Source: Ramazzottius varieornatus
Lineage: Eukaryota > Animalia > Tardigrada
Assembly (NCBI GenBank): GCA_001949185.1
Contig: BDGG01000020.1
Span: forward strand, 124,001 to 188,000
Length of the DNA: 64,000 nt
Direction: 5' to 3'
Below the pieces are notes generated by a model. The model ran no database searches and was not told where the DNA came from. It saw nothing but the letters and a program-made list of their open reading frames with translations. The position numbers were made by a program, and so were the translations under genes. Every line of letters begins with the position of its first letter. Within the stretch, counting starts at the first letter, position 1. This document shows positions 62,833-64,000 of this stretch, piece after piece.

Positions 62833-63236
62833 GGCTGCATCTGGTGACAAGCAGAGGGAGGTGGCTGGATGCCAAAAGAAATATAGACTTGACAGGCCAT
62901 GCGCCCGACAAGTGCAACGGGCGGAGCTCGATGCCAATAGACAATGGAATTTTGGCACCATGCCTCTTTCGGTCTGCACAGCTGTCCACTATTTGGACTG
63001 CCTGCCGTGCCGAAGACGTTCCGCCACACAAAGTCGCCTTATTCTTGGCTGAGCTTTAAATTTGGATTAGGAAATCTTCCTTCGCATCTGGAATGTGTTG
63101 ACCGAGGATTTCGAAGGAGCGAAGAGCAGATATCAAAGAAAAAAGCAGCACGCTGTCACTCGCCAGGAGAGTTTTTACACCCTCTCCCAATAATGAGTAA
63201 CCCCCCTAGACCTGTACTCAGAGAATCGTATCTACT

Positions 63237-64000
63237 GTCCCCGCACACCGAATTCGATTGTTTCAAGTGTTCGTGGAAGAAAAAGACTTGGTCTACATGG
63301 TCACGTGACTCGGTAAGACCATAATCAAGAAATCAACTGGCAGGGCGAACTTTGCCGGCCTTCAAAACTGTGTGTTTTTCGGACCAATGCAATCTGATCT
63401 ACGCGTTTCCCACCTCCGTATCCTTGCACTTCAAAAATGCAACAAACATTGGGCTTTCGACCAAACCAAAATGTAAGGCAATCGGACGTTCCGTCGAGGA
63501 GTAATATGCAGCGAGCTGATTGCTGTTTTGATAGTCAAATCCACCTCCAGTTCCTAATTTTTCGAAGTTTTTGTGTCATTCGTGAATATTTTCGAAAAGT
63601 TGGTCGTTCCCAACACAATGTGTTTGTTTCCAACGAACAAGCGCCAATCTGACCAGCAAAACCCAGAAACACAGCTTCTCGCAATTTGAATATCCAGAAA
63701 CACAATCAAAACAGCAATCAGGTCGCTGCACATTACTCCTCGACGGAACGTCCGATTGCCTTACATTTTGGTTTGGTCGAAAGCCCAATGTTTGTTGCAT
63801 TTTTGAAGTGCAAGGATACGGAGGTGGGAAACGCGTAGATCAGATTGCATTGGTCCGAAAAACACACAGTTTTGAAGGCCGGCAAAGTTCGCCCTGCCAG
63901 TTGATTTCTTGATTATGGTCTTACCGAGTCACGTGACCATGTAGACCAAGTCTTTTTCTTCCACGAACACTTGAAACAATCGAATTCGGTGTGCGGGGAC
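63237..64000. repeat. Near-perfect ~300-bp inverted repeat (young fold-back element), right arm runs off the window
   Basis: 63237-63535 is the reverse complement of ~63702-64000 with only a few mismatches. Confidence 0.9.

Noticed and set aside
63437-63800. Twin ORFs MQQTLGFRPNQ on opposite strands
   Set aside because: A consequence of the inverted repeat, with no coding evidence.

Overview
Eukaryotic, intron-rich genomic DNA from a tardigrade (eutardigrade), identified by a complete three-exon CAHS desiccation-tolerance gene and supported by a tardigrade-type PDF neuropeptide precursor. The species cannot be fixed from sequence alone. Genes in order: 5' part of a SAP-WGR PARP2/3-like gene (-, runs off the left edge), ALG3 (+), neugrin-like (-), HDAC11 (+), CAHS (-), an orphan type-I membrane protein (-), a plexin-like Sema/PSI/IPT receptor with only a short cytoplasmic tail (+), a small Cys-rich secreted ORF (-), an intronless secreted protein with nine lustrin/WR1-type Cys repeats (+), a PDZ plus four-TM protein (-), an astacin metalloprotease pseudogene and a PDF precursor (-). 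The most striking structure is the astacin gene: its pre-pro exons and Met-turn C-terminus lie on the + strand, while its central exons lie on the - strand within a ~4.5 kb inversion whose breakpoint cuts one exon. Intergenic DNA and introns carry many non-autonomous DNA transposons, including eight hAT-like elements (seven with readable 8-bp TSDs) partly stacked in a nest at 8.4-15.1 kb, an intron-containing pogo/Tigger-like element and a decayed tyrosine-recombinase (DIRS/Ngaro-type) retrotransposon. There is an assembly gap at 44777-44953. All gene models are manual splice reconstructions without transcript data.
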